From Eutreptiella sp. 'Long Island Sound 2002' (taxonomy: Eukaryota; Protista; Euglenida), in contig OZ038379.1 of assembly GCA_964036045.1 (NCBI GenBank), positions 70,990,001 to 71,054,000 on the forward strand: DNA of 64,000 bases. Direction: 5' to 3'. A program made the position numbers and the translations under genes. Under the pieces are notes generated by a model. The model did no database searches. It was given only the letters and a program-made list of their open reading frames with translations, and was not told the DNA's origin. Numbering within the stretch: position 1 is the first letter of the stretch; each line of letters starts with the position of its first letter. Below, piece after piece: positions 59,343-64,000 of the stretch.

Positions 59343-62300
59343 CAGAAAAATGGGCTGCAGTCCTTTTTGCTACGCACGAAACCATTGTGTCGTCCTCACG
59401 GTGAGTTGCTAGGTAAACAAACGTGTTCCTCAAAGGCTCAAAGGCACCTGGCCAAATGGAAAGAGATTCAAGACCAACACTGTCACCACTTTAGAGATGT
59501 TGTCCTCACAACATTAATGTCTCGGGCTTAAAACTGTCATTTTTGCCCCATTTTCACCTGTTTTCTTCGAAAAATGGGCTTTGGTCCTTTCCATTGGGCC
59601 ATGACTCATTTTGTTGTCCCCACGGTGAGTTGCCGGACATATAAACGTGTTCGTGAAAGCTTGAGAGGCACCGCACCACATGCCAAGAGTTTCAAGACCA
59701 ACAGCGTCACCACTTCACAGGTGTTGTCCTCGCAACATTGATCCCTCAGGCTTCAAGCTGTCATTTTTGGGCCATTTTTGGTCGTTTTCTTCACAAAAAA
59801 AGGGGGGGTGCGGTCCTTTCCGCTAGGCATTTTTGCCTCAGTTTCACTTGTTCTTTTCAGAAAAATGGGCTGCAGTCCTTTTTGCTACGCACGAAACCAT
59901 TGTGTCGTCCTCACGGTGAGTTGCTAGGTAAACAAACGTGTTCCTCAAAGGCTCAAAGGCACCTCACCAAATGGAAAGAGATTCAAGACCAACACTGTCA
60001 CCACTTTAGAGATGTTGTCCTCACAACATTAATGTCTCAAGCTTAAAACTGTCATTTTTGCCCCATTTTCACTTGTTTTCTTCGAAAAATGGGCTTTGGT
60101 CCTTTCCATTGGGCCGTGACTCATTTTGTTGTCCCCACGGTGAGTTGCCGGACATATAAACGTGTTCGTGAAAGCTTGAGAGGCACCGCACCACATGCCA
60201 AGAGTTTCAAGACCAACAGCGTCAGCACTTCACAGGTGTTGTCCTCACGACATTGATCCCTCGGGCTTCAAACTGTCATTTTTGCCCCATTTTCACTTGT
60301 TTTCATCGGAAAAATGGCCAGCAGTCCTTTCCGCTAGAAACTAAACTAATTGGTCGTCCCCCCAGTGAGTTGCCTAGCAAACCAACATGTCCCTGAGAGG
60401 CTGAGAGGCACCACACCACATGCAAAGAGTTTCAAGACCAACAATGTGACCACTGCAGACATGTTGTCCTCACAAAAGTTATCCCTAAGGCTTCAAACTT
60501 TCATTTTCACGCCAATATGACTTGTTTTTTCGGAAAATTGGGCCGTAGTCTTTTTTGTCAGGCAATAAACCATTCTTTCCTCCCCCCGGTGAGATGCCGG
60601 GCAAACAAACGTGTTCCTCAAAGGTTGAGAGGCACCACACCACATGCAAGCAGTTTCACGACCAACAAGGTCACCCCTTCAGAGATGTTGGTCTCACAAC
60701 ATTGATCCGTGAGGTTGCCCTCACGTTTCAAAATGTCATTATTGCCCAATTTTCACTTGTTTTCTTCAAAAAAATGGGGTAGGTTTTCGGTTGGGAAAAA
60801 AACTATTGTGTCGTCCCCCCGGTGAGTTGCTTGGCAAACAAATGTGTTCCTCAAAGGTTGGCAGGCACCACACCACATGCAAAGAGTGTCAAAGCCAACG
60901 GTGTCACCACTGCAGACATGTTGTCCTCATAACACTGATCCCTGAGGCTTGGAACTATCATTTTTGCCCCAACTTCACTTGTTCTTTGCAGAAAAATGGG
61001 CTGCAGTCCTTTTTGCTACGCACGAAACCATTGTGTCGTCCTCACGGTGAGTTGCTAGGTAAACAAACGTGTTCCTCAAAGGCTCAAAGGCACCTGGCCA
61101 AATGGAAAGAGATTCAAGACCAACACTGTCACCACTTTAGAGATGTTGTCCTCACAACATTAATGTCTCGGGCTTAAAACTGTCATTTTTGCCCCATTTT
61201 CACCTGTTTTCTTCGAAAAATGGGCTTTGGTCCTTTCCATTGGGCCATGACTCATTTTGTTGTCCCCACGGTGAGTTGCCGGACATATAAACGTGTTCGT
61301 GAAAGCTTGAGAGGCACCGCACCACATGCCAAGAGTTTCAAGACCAACAGCGTCACCACTTCACAGGTGTTGTCCTCGCAACATTGATCCCTCAGGCATT
61401 CAAGCTGTCATTTTTGGGCCATTTTTGGTCGTTTTCTTCACAAAAAAAGGGGGGGTGCGGTCCTTTCCGCTAGGCATTTTTGCCTCAGTTTCACTTGTTC
61501 TTTTCAGAAAAATGGGCTGCAGTCCTTTTTGCTACGCACGAAACCATTGTGTCGTCCTCACGGTGAGTTGCTAGGTAAACAAACGTGTTCCTCAAAGGCT
61601 CAAAGGCACCTCACCAAATGGAAAGAGATTCAAGACCAACACTGTCACCACTTTAGAGATGTTGTCCTCACAACATTAATGTCTCAAGCTTAAAACTGTC
61701 ATTTTTGCCCCATTTTCACTTGTTTTCTTCGAAAAATGGGCTTTGGTCCTTTCCATTGGGCCGTGACTCATTTTGTTGTCCCCACGGTGAGTTGCCGGAC
61801 ATATAAACGTGTTCGTGAAAGCTTGAGAGGCACCGCACCACATGCCAAGAGTTTCAAGACCAACAGCGTCAGCACTTCACAGGTGTTGTCCTCACGACAT
61901 TGATCCCTCGGGCTTCAAACTGTCATTTTTGCCCCATTTTCACTTGTTTTCATCGGAAAAATGGCCAGCAGTCCTTTCCGCTAGAAACTAAACTAATTGG
62001 TCGTCCCCCCAGTGAGTTGCCTAGCAAACCAACATGTCCCTGAGAGGCTGAGAGGCACCACACCACATGCAAAGAGTTTCAAGACCAACAATGTGACCAC
62101 TGCAGACATGTTGTCCTCACAAAAGTTATCCCTAAGGCTTCAAACTTTCATTTTCACACCAATATGACTTGTTTTTTCGGAAAATTGGGCCGTAGTCTTT
62201 TTTGTCAGGCAATAAACCATTCTTTCCTCCCCCCGGTGAGATGCCGGGCAAACAAACGTGTTCCTCAAAGGTTGAGAGGCACCACACCACATGCAAGCAG

Positions 62301-64000
62301 TTTCACGACCAACAAGGTCACCCCTTCAGAGATGTTGGTCTCACAACATTGATCCGTGAGGTTGCCCTCACGTTTCAAAATGTCATTATTGCCCAATTTT
62401 CACTTGTTTTCTTCAAAAAAATGGGGTAGGTTTTCGGTTGGGAAAAAAACTATTGTGTCGTCCCCCCGGTGAGTTGCTTGGCAAACAAATGTGTTCCTCA
62501 AAGGTTGGCAGGCACCACACCACATGCAAAGAGTGTCAAAGCCAACGGTGTCACCACTGCAGACATGTTGTCCTCATAACACTGATCCCTGAGGCTTGGA
62601 ACTATCATTTTTGCCCCAACTTCACTTGTTCTTTGCAGAAAAATGGGCTGCAGTCCTTTTTGCTACGCACGAAACCATTGTGTCGTCCTCACGGTGAGTT
62701 GCTAGGTAAACAAACGTGTTCCTCAAAGGCTCAAAGGCACCTGGCCAAATGGAAAGAGATTCAAGACCAACACTGTCACCACTTTAGAGATGTTGTCCTC
62801 ACAACATTAATGTCTCGGGCTTAAAACTGTCATTTTTGCCCCATTTTCACCTGTTTTCTTCGAAAAATGGGCTTTGGTCCTTTCCATTGGGCCATGACTC
62901 ATTTTGTTGTCCCCACGGTGAGTTGCCGGACATATAAACGTGTTCGTGAAAGCTTGAGAGGCACCGCACCACATGCCAAGAGTTTCAAGACCAACAGCGT
63001 CACCACTTCACAGGTGTTGTCCTCGCAACATTGATCCCTCAGGCTTCAAGCTGTCATTTTTGGGCCATTTTTGGTCGTTTTCTTCACAAAAAAAGGGGGG
63101 GTGCGGTCCTTTCCGCTAGGCATTTTTGCCTCAGTTTCACTTGTTCTTTTCAGAAAAATGGGCTGCGGTCCTTTTTGCTACGCACGAAACCATTGTGTCG
63201 TCCTCACGGTGAGTTGCTAGGTAAACAAACGTGTTCCTCAAAGGCTCAAAGGCACCTCACCAAATGGAAAGAGATTCAAGACCAACACTGTCACCACTTT
63301 AGAGATGTTGTCCTCACAACATTAATGTCTCAAGCTTAAAACTGTCATTTTTGCCCCATTTTCACTTGTTTTCTTCGAAAAATGGGCTTTGGTCCTTTCC
63401 ATTGGGCCGTGACTCATTTTGTTGTCCCCACGGTGAGTTGCCGGACATATAAACGTGTTCGTGAAAGCTTGAGAGGCACCGCACCACATGCCAAGAGTTT
63501 CAAGACCAACAGCGTCAGCACTTCACAGGTGTTGTCCTCACGACATTGATCCCTCGGGCTTCAAACTGTCATTTTTGCCCCATTTTCACTTGTTTTCATC
63601 GGAAAAATGGCCAGCAGTCCTTTCCGCTAGAAACTAAACTAATTGGTCGTCCCCCCAGTGAGTTGCCTAGCAAACCAACATGTCCCTGAGAGGCTGAGAG
63701 GCACCACACCACATGCAAAGAGTTTCAAGACCAACAATGTGACCACTGCAGACATGTTGTCCTCACAAAAGTTATCCCTAAGGCTTCAAACTTTCATTTT
63801 CACGCCAATATGACTTGTTTTTTCGGAAAATTGGGCCGTAGTCTTTTTTGTCAGGCAATAAACCATTCTTTCCTCCCCCCGGTGAGATGCCGGGCAAACA
63901 AACGTGTTCCTCAAAGGTTGAGAGGCACCACACCACATGCAAGCAGTTTCACGACCAACAAGGTCACCCCTTCAGAGATGTTGGTCTCACAACATTGATC
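59343..64000. repeat. ~224-bp satellite, homogeneous 1,647-bp higher-order repeat (7 monomers; ~2.8 copies, running off the window)
   Basis: Equivalent positions at 59343, 60989 and 62636; identical ORFs at 60517, 62164 and 63810. Only isolated differences between copies seen by eye. Confidence 0.97.

Noticed and set aside
52896-63998. Repeated ORFs in the 224-bp satellite
   Set aside because: They track the monomer and HOR period and have no consistent frame or domain.

Overview
Eukaryotic-looking, heterochromatin-like window with no intact host gene, RNA gene or CRISPR array that I can support; the species cannot be determined. About half of it is tandem repeat. The arrays are: a 10-bp CCCCATAGGT satellite with internal strand flips (~4.77-11.32 kb); a 72-bp satellite whose monomer is a 44-bp palindrome (20-bp arms) plus a 28-bp linker (~11.32-32.43 kb, ~200 monomers, with higher-order duplications); a short related 72-bp array; a 34-bp minisatellite; and a ~224-bp satellite (52.9-64 kb) that grades from diverged monomers into a near-identical 1,647-bp, 7-monomer higher-order repeat. 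Two DNA transposons interrupt the satellites. One is a 1.7-kb decayed hAT element (8744-10449) with imperfect TIRs, a degenerate 8-bp TSD and recognisable catalytic motifs. The other is a 6.64-kb element (13499-20138) with perfect 21-bp TIRs, no confidently classifiable transposase, and three candidate minus-strand gene blocks, each preceded by a pair of the same palindromic motif (GTGGCGAAATTTCGC). That element and the hairpin satellite hosting it are the most unusual features. The remaining unique DNA (1-4.7 kb, 33.5-50 kb) is decayed TE or coding remnants, small tandem and inverted repeats, and many poly-G/poly-C runs. Nearly all long ORFs in the supplied track are translation artefacts of the satellites. 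Coordinates were counted by eye and may be off by a few bases.
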